DNA from: Candidatus Binatia bacterium
GTDB lineage: Bacteria; Desulfobacterota; Binatia; Bin18
Length of the DNA stretch: 26,273 bases
NCBI GenBank assembly: GCA_963664395.2
Contig: CAXXIS010000001.1
Coordinates: 1-26,273, forward strand
Reading direction: 5' to 3'
The translations under genes were made by a program, and so were the position numbers. Position 1 is the first letter of the stretch, and every line of letters starts with the position of its first letter. The notes beneath the pieces are model-generated. The model ran no database searches. It was not told the DNA's origin and saw nothing but the letters and a program-made list of their open reading frames with translations. Shown here piece after piece: positions 6,969 to 15,435 of the stretch.

Positions 6969-9218
6969 ATGCGACGCATTCGAGACCTGCGGAAATATGA
7001 GCTACCAGACTCTTTGCTTGAAATCTGGGAACACCAGCAGGGCGAATTTCTTTTACCCGTGCAGGAAATTGCGGTGCAGCGCTACGGGCTCTTTGACGGC
7101 CGCAGCCTCGTTGTCTCCTCTCCGACGTCATCCGGCAAAACGTTTGTGGGCGAAATGGCGGCGATGCGCGCCGCCTTTGCCGGCCAGCGCGTACTCTATT
7201 TGACGCCGCTGCGCGCGCTGGCGGAAGAAAAATATGAAACGTTTCGGGCGCGTTATGGAACGTATGGCGTGAAGGTAGTGGTGGCGACGCGTGATAGACG
7301 CGAGTTTGATCAAGACATTGAACGCGGCGACTTCCAGCTGGCTGTTCTGGTGTATGAAAAACTCGCCCAGCTTCTTGTCCGCCATCCGCATGTGCTGCGG
7401 ACCGTCGCCCTCGTAGTGGTGGATGAGCTTCAGATGCTGGGCGATCCGGAACGGGGCTCCGGGCTTGAACTGACGTTGACAAAACTCCTCAGTTCAGCGC
7501 CGCGTCCGCAGCTTCTGGGACTCTCGGCTGTCCTCCGCGAGGCTGAGCAGGTCGCTGAATGGTTGGGTGCCGATCTCCTCTTACAGGATGAACGGCCGGT
7601 TGAACTCTACCGTGGCGTGGCGCTCGGTGACCGTTTTCGCTACCGCACCTATAACACGGGCGAAGAAGGCGAGGAGCAACTGGCTTGTATCGAGTCAGAC
7701 GACCCGCACGAAATTTTATTTGCTCACGTCAAGCATCTTGCGCAGCGGGGAGAGCAAATCCTTATCTTTCTGAAAGGCAAACGTGATACTGTCCGGTGCG
7801 CCTTGGAACTGGCTGAAGAATCCGCGCTGCCGCCGTCACCCGCCGCGCTGGCGGCGCTCGAACCGCTCGAAGAAACGTCCCTCAAGACACAGTTGCGGAA
7901 TGCCCTTGGTGGTGGTGTGGCGTTTCACCATGCCGACCTGACCTCAGCCGAGCGTGGGATTGTTGAGTCAGCCTACCGCCAGGGCGAAGTGCGGGTCATC
8001 GCGTGTACCACAACACTGGCCTTTGGGGTGAATCTGCCGGCCTCCACGGTATTCATCGAAGCAGTCAAATGGGACATGGATAAGCGGACGGGCACGGCGA
8101 TCGAAGTCCCGCTCTCCTGGGCCGAATATGAAAATATCTCCGGTCGGGCCGGACGGCTCGGATTTCACGAAGGATTTGGCCGGTCCATCCTGATTGCCAC
8201 CAATCAGTTCCAAGCTGACTTATTGTGGCGAGGCTATGTCATGGGCGAGCAAGAGCAGTTTACGCCGGCACCGGGCCAGACCGGACTCGCGGATCGTATC
8301 CTCAATCTGATCGTTTCCAAAATCTGCCTTTCCACCGATGAACTCCACGCTTTTTTGGGCCTGACCTATCTCGGATTTCAGCGGCGCGGCAATACCGTTC
8401 ATGTCCCGAACCTTGCCCCGAACCTTGCCCCGAACCTTGCCCCGAACCTTGCCTCGGACGAAGCAGAGCAGGCGCTGAACGTTCTCATGAAGGCTCAGCT
8501 TATCAATCGCAGTGAGGACGGGCGGCTGGAAGCGTCAACGCTGGGAGAGGTTGCCGCCCGCAAAGGCATACGCGCCGCAACCGCGGTGAAACTGGCGCGC
8601 TTCTTTGAGTCCGCCCAGGGACGCGACGTGCCCGAGCTTGAACTCTTTTATGCTCTGAGCCTGACCGAAGACGGCCAAAAAATGCAGATTCCTTTGTCGT
8701 CTGCCGAACACCGAGGCCGGGGATACGAAAGCAAAGTGGGCGAGTGGATACGCGAACGAGGCTATGAGCCGGGCGACGATCTCCGGAAACTCCTCAACGC
8801 CCGCATGCTGCCGACAACCCAAGAGGCTCGGTCGGCAAAGCTTTCGCTGCTGCTGCTGGGCTGGATTAATGGGGATGGGTTGTCGTCTTTGGAAAACCGC
8901 TGCCAATGCTACGCCGGAACTATCCTCACCCTGGCGGATGAAGTCAGCTGGCTTGTGGATGCCGCGGCAGAGATTGCCGAGGTCATGGGTTGGGCTCCGG
9001 CCAAACAATTGTCTGAACTCGCAGAACGGGCGCGATTTGGTGTTGATCCGTCGAGCTTGGAGTTGGCGCGGGCGCACCTGCCCGGTCTCAACCGTGAAGA
9101 AGTACAGGCGCTGGTGTCTGCTGGTTTCGATTCGCCGCGGGCTGTGCGCGAAGCGCCCCCGGAAGTCCTGGAGCCATACTTGTCGCCGAAGCAAATTGAG
9201 TCGCTCCGCACGTGCTGA
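6969..9218 (+). CDS. Ski2-like (Hel308-type) SF2 helicase
   Basis: Q-motif LPVQ, motif I SPTSSGKT, Ia PLRALAEEK, II DELQ, III LSA, AFHHADL, V TTTLAFGVNLP, VI ENISGRAGR. These are followed by winged-helix and ratchet-like regions and a C-terminal HhH-like segment (ARFGV..LPGLNREEVQALVSAGF). Confidence 0.9.
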   Translation: MRRIRDLRKYELPDSLLEIWEHQQGEFLLPVQEIAVQRYGLFDGRSLVVSSPTSSGKTFVGEMAAMRAAFAGQRVLYLTPLRALAEEKYETFRARYGTYGVKVVVATRDRREFDQDIERGDFQLAVLVYEKLAQLLVRHPHVLRTVALVVVDELQMLGDPERGSGLELTLTKLLSSAPRPQLLGLSAVLREAEQVAEWLGADLLLQDERPVELYRGVALGDRFRYRTYNTGEEGEEQLACIESDDPHEILFAHVKHLAQRGEQILIFLKGKRDTVRCALELAEESALPPSPAALAALEPLEETSLKTQLRNALGGGVAFHHADLTSAERGIVESAYRQGEVRVIACTTTLAFGVNLPASTVFIEAVKWDMDKRTGTAIEVPLSWAEYENISGRAGRLGFHEGFGRSILIATNQFQADLLWRGYVMGEQEQFTPAPGQTGLADRILNLIVSKICLSTDELHAFLGLTYLGFQRRGNTVHVPNLAPNLAPNLAPNLASDEAEQALNVLMKAQLINRSEDGRLEASTLGEVAARKGIRAATAVKLARFFESAQGRDVPELELFYALSLTEDGQKMQIPLSSAEHRGRGYESKVGEWIRERGYEPGDDLRKLLNARMLPTTQEARSAKLSLLLLGWINGDGLSSLENRCQCYAGTILTLADEVSWLVDAAAEIAEVMGWAPAKQLSELAERARFGVDPSSLELARAHLPGLNREEVQALVSAGFDSPRAVREAPPEVLEPYLSPKQIESLRTC
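8405..8452 (+). repeat. Perfect tandem repeat CCCGAACCTTGC x4 (PNLA x4) inside helicase
   Basis: Read directly; in-frame. Confidence 0.95.
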
Positions 9219-9254
9219 GCGGCTCTTCCGCAATCCTGGACAGAGCTGCATTCT

Positions 9255-10739
9255 ATGACTATCCCTTCGACTATCCCTTCGACTATCCCTTCTGTCGTTT
9301 TGGAACTGGCCCTTCAGACCCTGGAAGCCGAATCAGTTGCTCCTGATAGCCTGGTGTCCTTTCGTGCGACGCTGAATACAACCGAGCCGGTCGCTGAGGC
9401 GAATCGCTTACACTGGTATGCGAATGAGCAGGTCTGCATAGAACGTTCTACTTACGGAACGCTCACCTTCTTTTTGCCTGCCGGAGGCGCGAGTGCATCT
9501 CCACGTCGTCTGGGGACCTTTGATCGCCATGGACGTTTACTCTCACTTTTTTTCTATTCCGCTGACGGTCTGGTGCAGAAGTTTAAGGTGCGCAATGTAG
9601 ACGGCCACTTTCTCGGTGTCGTACGAGGCGCCGCCTCTCATCTGGGCTGGGGCAGGTCTGACGTTATTGGGGCGTTGGCAGGTGAGGGCGGCTTTGAGAT
9701 GGACCGGACGCTCACCTTCTTCCGCTCAGTCTCGTATGAAGACTTGGATACCTTGCCGCCGTTAGATGATCCGATGTGCCTCCCGCCCGGTGGCGGGGCA
9801 ACCATCTTAAACGTGCTTGCGCGGTTGGGGCAGGACCAGGAAAAACACACGCTCCGCTATTGCGGGCCGTATCCCAGCGATCAGCTCTTTTTTACCCTTC
9901 GAGAGTCGTTCACCTGTGGTGGCGAGGTCGGGGCCAATCGTGAACGTTTCACCCAAGAGGCAGAGGCGGCAGCCCTCCACATGACTATGGTTGAGGCCGC
10001 AGTAGACTGGCAGCCCGCGCCGCACGAACGGTTTTATCCAGCCGCGCACACGTGTGCGCAACTGCGGAACGGAGTCGAAAAAGTCTACGATCACGGCCAT
10101 ACCTATTACCGGCCCGACCTTGTGGCCGAAGCCCATCGGCTCCGCGTGCTCCAGACTGAGGAGGGTCAACACCGCTATATCGCCAGCTTGACCATATTGG
10201 GACAAGCGCTTGAGGATCACCTTATCCTGGATGAACAAGGAGAGATTCTCGAACGCCTCCCGAACCCCTCGCGGCGTTCTCTGCGTGGCGACCCAGTCCT
10301 CTCCCCGGACTGGAAGGCAGCGCTTGTTCGTCTGATTGCAGCAGAAAGCACATCGCTGCTGCACATCGCGCTGTGGCCGGTGATGGATGAGCTGACCATC
10401 ATGTGGGGCACGGTGAATAAAGAACTGTGGGCGCTGAGTGGCAATGAACTCGTTTTGCACGCGGGCATGATCGCTGTCCATCGGGAGACGCAGAGCCGGG
10501 CAAACAGCGCGGGCGAAAAACTCTTGCTCGCCGCCCGGTTTCTGTCCGAATTAGCTCGGCTGATTGGTCCCTTGATTCGCAGCCGCGCCCAAGCCCAATT
10601 AGCCAGCCTCTCGCCGGCTGACCAGAATGTGGCGCTGCTGTTCGCTGCCCCGGACACGCCAGGGCTGTCGGATAACGAACTGCGGGCGTTTCTGATGGGT
10701 CTCGCGCAGGGAGAAGAACTGCCGCTGGTGGTAGAATAA
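9255..10739 (+). CDS. Hypothetical protein, 494 aa
   Basis: Long ORF 36 nt downstream of the helicase on the same strand. No family confidently recognised. Confidence 0.85.
   Translation: MTIPSTIPSTIPSVVLELALQTLEAESVAPDSLVSFRATLNTTEPVAEANRLHWYANEQVCIERSTYGTLTFFLPAGGASASPRRLGTFDRHGRLLSLFFYSADGLVQKFKVRNVDGHFLGVVRGAASHLGWGRSDVIGALAGEGGFEMDRTLTFFRSVSYEDLDTLPPLDDPMCLPPGGGATILNVLARLGQDQEKHTLRYCGPYPSDQLFFTLRESFTCGGEVGANRERFTQEAEAAALHMTMVEAAVDWQPAPHERFYPAAHTCAQLRNGVEKVYDHGHTYYRPDLVAEAHRLRVLQTEEGQHRYIASLTILGQALEDHLILDEQGEILERLPNPSRRSLRGDPVLSPDWKAALVRLIAAESTSLLHIALWPVMDELTIMWGTVNKELWALSGNELVLHAGMIAVHRETQSRANSAGEKLLLAARFLSELARLIGPLIRSRAQAQLASLSPADQNVALLFAAPDTPGLSDNELRAFLMGLAQGEELPLVVE
9257..9292 (+). 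repeat. Perfect tandem repeat GACTATCCCTTC x3 (TIPS x3)
   Basis: Read directly; starts at the start codon and is in-frame. Confidence 0.95.
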
Positions 10740-10781
10740 AGGGCAGCATTTACGCCAAATGCGAGAGAAGGAGCGGCAAGA

Positions 10782-10892
10782 ATGAGCACCCTGGAATGGT
10801 TTCAGTTAGCCATTGGCAGCGGCTTATTTATCTCACTCGCTGTCCTGACCTGGGGGGTCACTCGGCACTCGCGGCTGGATAGCGGCCTATAG
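10782..10892 (+). CDS. Putative small single-pass membrane protein, 36 aa (MSTLEWFQLAIGSGLFISLAVLTWGVTRHSRLDSGL)
   Basis: Translated by hand; below the ORF-track cut-off. SD AGAAGGAG about 9 nt upstream, a ~20-aa hydrophobic stretch, then basic residues. Its 3' end overlaps the convergent HDAC gene by 35 nt. Confidence 0.5.
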   Translation: MSTLEWFQLAIGSGLFISLAVLTWGVTRHSRLDSGL

Positions 10893-11775
10893 TCTTTGCC
10901 GCTCTGACCGTCTGGCAGTGGGCGGTCACAATTCTATTGATATCCCGCGCGTAGCCGCCGCCTAAGGTCACAACAAGCGGTATGCCTGCCCGCCGGGCGT
11001 ATGCGCACACGAACCGATCACGTTCCCCAACCCCGGCCATCGACAGCGTCAGTTTTCCGAACCGGTCGCCCCGGAGCACATCCACTCCAGCCTGGTACAG
11101 GATCAGGTCTGGTCTGGCTTGTTGGAGTAGTACAGGCAGGCTTTCTTCCAACAAACCTAAATACTGCTCGTCCGTCGTTCCATCCGGCAGCGCGATATCC
11201 CACGAACTCTGTTCTTTGCGGGCTGGGTAGTTATTTTCTCCGTGCATGGAAAAGGTGAAGGTATCAGGGTCGGTCTGACACAACGCAGCTGTGCCATTCC
11301 CTTGATGCACATCGAGATCAATAATCAGGGCACGGCTGATACATCCATCCGCGCGTAGCCGCCGCAGGACAATGACCAGGTCGTTAAAAACACAGTAGCC
11401 CTCGCCGTGGTCGGCAAACGCGTGATGGGTGCCTCCGGCGAGATTAGCCGCAATCCCATCTCTGAGTGCTGCCCGGGCTGCTCCAAGCGTTCCGCCAATT
11501 ACGGCAAACGCGCGGTGGACGAGTTCCTGGGACCACGGCAAGCCGAGGCGGAGCATGGCCTTGCGCTCCAACGTCCCGTTGATAAAGGCGTGGACATACG
11601 CCGGCGTATGCACGCGAAGAATATCTCCGGGGGCTATCGGCTGCGGCTCAACGATTACATCCGGAGTGAGGATGCCCTCGGCCAGTAGCCGTTCCGGGAC
11701 CAGGCGATATTTATCCATGGGATAGGAGTGATTGCCCATGGGCGCAGTGTAGCGAGCGGAAGTAAAGGCGTGCAT
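10858..11775 (-). CDS. Histone deacetylase-family (Zn-dependent acetyl-lysine/amide hydrolase) protein
   Basis: H.YPMDKY, GGTHHA, GYCVFND, DLDVHQGNGT, YQAGVD, GGGY. Confidence 0.95.
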   Translation of the reverse strand: MHAFTSARYTAPMGNHSYPMDKYRLVPERLLAEGILTPDVIVEPQPIAPGDILRVHTPAYVHAFINGTLERKAMLRLGLPWSQELVHRAFAVIGGTLGAARAALRDGIAANLAGGTHHAFADHGEGYCVFNDLVIVLRRLRADGCISRALIIDLDVHQGNGTAALCQTDPDTFTFSMHGENNYPARKEQSSWDIALPDGTTDEQYLGLLEESLPVLLQQARPDLILYQAGVDVLRGDRFGKLTLSMAGVGERDRFVCAYARRAGIPLVVTLGGGYARDINRIVTAHCQTVRAAKTIGRYPAASAE

Positions 11776-11803
11776 AACGAGTCACAAGTCGACTTTCCGC
11801 GGC

Positions 11804-12352
11804 TTATCGTCTCTTCATTGCATCAATCAGCGCTTGGACATGTGTCACCTGTACGACACGCCACAGACCTTCGGGGGTATAACGGAGTCCGATTTCAATC
11901 TCTTCGCCGTTTCTGAGTGGGACTGGAAAGTAACGCACCTGCTCACGCGTTTCTCCGCCGACCAGCGCTCCAACGACTGCAATCGTCGGGATCTGCGGCA
12001 GTTCCTGATCCGGGTTTTGAAACGCTTGTCGTACGGCAAACGTTACTCCTGCCTGGGCGATATCCTGGACATTCCGAGCCAGACTCCTGAGCCCCTTTTG
12101 CAGGAGATTGGCCAGTGAGCCCTGCGACGGTGAATCCTGCTGTTGCGGGACATCCGGTGAGCCGTGCCCCAACTCCTCAAGGGCATGGCCGACAACACTG
12201 CCAATATCGACATACTGCGTAAAGGTCTCATAGTTGCGCGTCTTGAGAGACTGTTGGATTTGATAGACGGAATAGGAGGCTGTCTGCATCCAGGCGTAGA
12301 CTCCACCCAGCCCGAGAAGAACAGAAATCACGATCACTCGCAGGCTTTTCAT
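11804..12352 (-). CDS. DUF2939-like membrane-anchored protein
   Basis: N-terminal signal/TM (KSLRVIVISVLLGLGGVYAW) then SYSVYQIQQSLKTRNYETFTQYVDIGSV, resembling DUF2939; C-terminal WRVVQV. Start uncertain (12352 or 12364). Confidence 0.65.
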   Translation of the reverse strand: MKSLRVIVISVLLGLGGVYAWMQTASYSVYQIQQSLKTRNYETFTQYVDIGSVVGHALEELGHGSPDVPQQQDSPSQGSLANLLQKGLRSLARNVQDIAQAGVTFAVRQAFQNPDQELPQIPTIAVVGALVGGETREQVRYFPVPLRNGEEIEIGLRYTPEGLWRVVQVTHVQALIDAMKRR

Positions 12353-12475
12353 GTACGCCATCATACGTGAGGAATATCCGGTACGGAATGTGGGGCGCGG
12401 ATGAAGTCTGACGAGGGCAGGATGTGTGATCGCTTGACAGGCGTGAGGACGAGGGCCACAATCCGCACGCTGCAT

Positions 12476-12504
12476 GATGGAGCGAAGTTAAGATGGAGCG
12501 AAGT
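12476..12504 (+). repeat. Direct repeat GATGGAGCGAAGT x2 (16-bp period) at translation start region
   Basis: Copies at 12476-12488 and 12492-12504; each contains ATG and GGAG. Confidence 0.85.
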
Positions 12505-12507
12505 AAA

Positions 12508-13395
12508 ATGCAAACCATAGGCATTCTCTACCCCGGTGATATGGGCCATAATGTTGGGCGTGTGCTGAAAGAAGACGGCTTTTCAGTCGTGACGACGCTG
12601 CTCGGTCGGAGCGAGCGGACGCGACAGCTCAGCACCCACGCCGCGCTAACCGAGCTCGATTCCATGGCGGCAGTCGTTGAGCAGGCGGATATCGTCCTCT
12701 CAATTATTCCCCCAACGGCAGCACGAACCGTCTCGCACGATTTTGCAAATGCCGTCCGGCAGGTGAACCGGACGCCGTTATTTATCGACGCGAATGCCGT
12801 GTCGCCGCTGACCGTTTGCCAGGTCGGTGAGACTATTCGCGCAGCGGGATGTGACTTTCTGGATGCCTGCATTATCGGTCCGGCCCGGGATGTGCGGGGC
12901 CGCTGCACGTTTTATGTCAGCGGTCCGCGGGCCGAATTGTTTGAGTCGGCTCTTGGACACTCGCTCCGCACCCACCTTTTGGGCGACACGATAGGCCAAG
13001 CCTCTGCCTTTAAGATGTTGTTCTCCGGCCTCAACAAAGGATTGGTTGCCGTGTTGAGTGAACTGACGGTGGCGGCACAGGAATATGGTTTCCTGGATGA
13101 GCTGCTCGCCTGTTACATCGAGCTTTTTCCGGGGGTCATGCAGTCGCTGGAATGGCTCGTGCCGACCTATCCCTTTCATGCCGCCAGACGGGCTGAAGAA
13201 ATGCGTGAACTGGCCGAGACGCTCGAACACGTGCAATCTTCCTCAGTCATGGCGCGAGGGACTCAGCAGACTTTGACTGAGATTGGCCAGCTCAACCTGG
13301 CTGAGCGGTTCCCGGAGCATGGAGAGCAGGACTGGACCATGCGTCAAGTCCTTGACGCTCTCGGCCAATGTGGCGCGCTGAAACGGAGTTCCTGA
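12508..13395 (+). CDS. NAD(P)-dependent oxidoreductase, 6PGDH/3-hydroxyisobutyrate DH-like with DUF1932-type C-terminus
   Basis: IGILYPGDMG Rossmann variant, DANAVSP, IIGP, GQASAFKM.FSGLNKG, HAARRAEEM. Alternative start at 12493. Confidence 0.88.
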   Translation: MQTIGILYPGDMGHNVGRVLKEDGFSVVTTLLGRSERTRQLSTHAALTELDSMAAVVEQADIVLSIIPPTAARTVSHDFANAVRQVNRTPLFIDANAVSPLTVCQVGETIRAAGCDFLDACIIGPARDVRGRCTFYVSGPRAELFESALGHSLRTHLLGDTIGQASAFKMLFSGLNKGLVAVLSELTVAAQEYGFLDELLACYIELFPGVMQSLEWLVPTYPFHAARRAEEMRELAETLEHVQSSSVMARGTQQTLTEIGQLNLAERFPEHGEQDWTMRQVLDALGQCGALKRSS

Positions 13396-13465
13396 TACTG
13401 TCCGTATTCCACTATAACTGTCCGGGCGCATGGAGTTCGGGCTTGTGTCTGTGGCTCGTTTCTGC

Positions 13466-13494
13466 TTGACACGCAGAGGGCATCAGGCTAGAAG
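13466..13494 (+). promoter_or_regulatory. Candidate sigma70 promoter for ferritin-like gene (TTGACA-17-TAGAAG)
   Basis: Perfect -35, 17-nt spacer, imperfect -10. An AT-rich leader and SD AAGGAG precede ATG 13553. Confidence 0.4.
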
Positions 13495-13552
13495 ACGCTT
13501 AAATGTTCCAATAATGAACGCTTGAGTAAAGCTAAAAAATAAGGAGCCTCCC

Positions 13553-14548
13553 ATGTCACACACGCATACCGTGCAGGCAACCTCTGATGCAATTTTCACG
13601 CAACTGCTTGATGTCCAAGACCAGGACATGCGCAATCTGTACGAGAAGGCCAAACGCGACCAATGGAATGCCTCGACTGACATTGACTGGGACAACGGGG
13701 GCGACCCGGATTGTGGTATTTTACCCGACGGCTTGATTGATATTTACGGTACAAAATACTGGGACAAGCTGGACGACAAGCATCGACTCGAACTCAATCG
13801 GCACTTCTCCGCCTGGCGGATCAGCCAGCTCATGTACGGTGAGCAATTTGCCTTAATGGTCTGTGGTCAGATTGCCAATGTGGTTCCGGGTATCGACTCG
13901 AAGTTTTTTATGGCCACTCAGGTCGCTGATGAGGCCCGCCACTCAGAGGTGCTGGCCCGCTATCTGTACGACAAAGTCGGTGTGACGTATCCGCTGACTG
14001 CGAACTTAAAGAATCTGTTCGACCATATCCTGGCCATGCCGCAGTGGTATCTCAAGACCGTGGGCACCCAACTCGTGGCGGAAACATTGGCCGTGTCACT
14101 GTTTCGGATGCTGGCAGACCACAGCCCGGACCCGTTAATCAGCCAGATCTGTCGCCGCATCCTCTCTGACGAATCCCGTCACATGGGTTTCGGGATGCTC
14201 AGTCTGCCCGACCAAATACAGGAGTTGTCGGAGAAAGAGCTCGAAGAAGTCGAAGACTTTGCCTGCGAAGCAACCGCCGGACTCCTGCAGGGACAATTCC
14301 CCAGAGAAGCGTATGAAGCAGTTGGCTTTACCAAGGCCGAGGTCGAAGACATCCGAACCATGCGCCACAAAGTTGCCAAAAAGAACGAATATGTTGCGTT
14401 TCGGACCTTCTTTAAGAAAGATTTTCATGCCGCCTTGTGGAGCAATATGGGGAAAGTCGGCCTGCTGAGTGAGCGGGCGATTGAGAAGCTCGGAACGATG
14501 GGCATTGCCGCTCCACAGGAACAGCAGCGAGAGCAAGCCGCAGCGTAA
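13553..14548 (+). CDS. Ferritin-like diiron protein (AurF-like superfamily)
   Basis: Diiron ligand pattern GEQFA..QVADEARH..LVAE..ILSDESRH; N-terminal LYEKAKRDQWNA..DIDW; strong SD. Confidence 0.88.
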   Translation: MSHTHTVQATSDAIFTQLLDVQDQDMRNLYEKAKRDQWNASTDIDWDNGGDPDCGILPDGLIDIYGTKYWDKLDDKHRLELNRHFSAWRISQLMYGEQFALMVCGQIANVVPGIDSKFFMATQVADEARHSEVLARYLYDKVGVTYPLTANLKNLFDHILAMPQWYLKTVGTQLVAETLAVSLFRMLADHSPDPLISQICRRILSDESRHMGFGMLSLPDQIQELSEKELEEVEDFACEATAGLLQGQFPREAYEAVGFTKAEVEDIRTMRHKVAKKNEYVAFRTFFKKDFHAALWSNMGKVGLLSERAIEKLGTMGIAAPQEQQREQAAA

Positions 14549-14558
14549 GGGCGGACAT

Positions 14559-14587
14559 GTAGGGGCGAGTTTCAAACCCGCCCCTAC
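14559..14587. repeat. REP-like palindrome GTAGGGGCGAGTTTCAAACCCGCCCCTAC (GTAG class)
   Basis: 29-nt near-perfect inverted repeat with GTAG ends, intergenic, 10 nt after a stop codon. Confidence 0.8.
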
Positions 14588-14616
14588 CAATCGCACAGGC
14601 AAAAGGAGGGGCTATC

Positions 14617-15396
14617 ATGGGTGAATTTGTTGAGGTTGCACAGGCCAGAACACTGTCCGGGTTGCGACTCGTGCTGTCGCTCGGTGTGCCGGGTCCGTGG
14701 AGTGAGGCCGCCAAGGGCATTCTGTACGTCAAAAAAATTCCCTATGTGCGCGTCCGTCAGGAAATCGGCGGCGCCAACACGGAGCTGACCGAATGGACCG
14801 CGCAAGCGACCGCACCGGTTACGGTCTGGAACGATGAACCGCCGCGCTCAACCTGGATAGAGCAGCTCCTTTTGGCCGAGCGCCTGCAACCGACGCCGGC
14901 CTTGATACCGGACAATATCGAGGACCGGATGCTGATGTTCGGCTATTGCAACGAGCTGTGCGGCGAGCATGGCTATGGCTGGTCAAAACGCCTGATGCTG
15001 CTCAATCCGATCCTGACCAACGCCGACGCGGAAGAATCGGCGCGGGCCTTCGCCTCTCATCTGGGCAATAAATACGGGTATGAGCGAGCGGAAGCAGAGG
15101 CGGCGCCGGCTCGGGTAGCCGAGATTCTGAAAACCCTCAGCACCCGCTTGGAGCAACAGCACAAAAATGGCAGTAAGTTTTTTATTGGAGACCAGTTATC
15201 CGCCCTGGACATTTACTGGTCAACATTTGCCGCCCTCATCCAACCGCTGCCGCACGAACTGTGCCCGATGCCGGGGGCATTTCGCACCATGTACACCAAC
15301 ACCGACCCGGTCGTGCAAGCCGCGGTGAAGCCGCTACTGCTCGAACACCGCGACTTCGTCTATCACGAATACCTTGAGCTGCCGATTGATCTGTAG
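14617..15396 (+). CDS. Glutathione S-transferase-like protein
   Basis: Thioredoxin-like N-terminus (PGPWSEAAKGILYVKKIPY, QATAPV) and GST C-terminal motif FFIGDQLSALDIYW. SD AAGGAGG. Confidence 0.8.
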   Translation: MGEFVEVAQARTLSGLRLVLSLGVPGPWSEAAKGILYVKKIPYVRVRQEIGGANTELTEWTAQATAPVTVWNDEPPRSTWIEQLLLAERLQPTPALIPDNIEDRMLMFGYCNELCGEHGYGWSKRLMLLNPILTNADAEESARAFASHLGNKYGYERAEAEAAPARVAEILKTLSTRLEQQHKNGSKFFIGDQLSALDIYWSTFAALIQPLPHELCPMPGAFRTMYTNTDPVVQAAVKPLLLEHRDFVYHEYLELPIDL

Positions 15397-15435
15397 GCCG
15401 ACCATTTTAGCCGAGACGAGGCAGCACTGAAGTCT

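Noticed and set aside
6969-10739. Calling the helicase pair a Hachiman system
   Set aside because: No recognisable HamA (DUF1837) gene upstream, and the helicase C-terminus looks Hel308-like.
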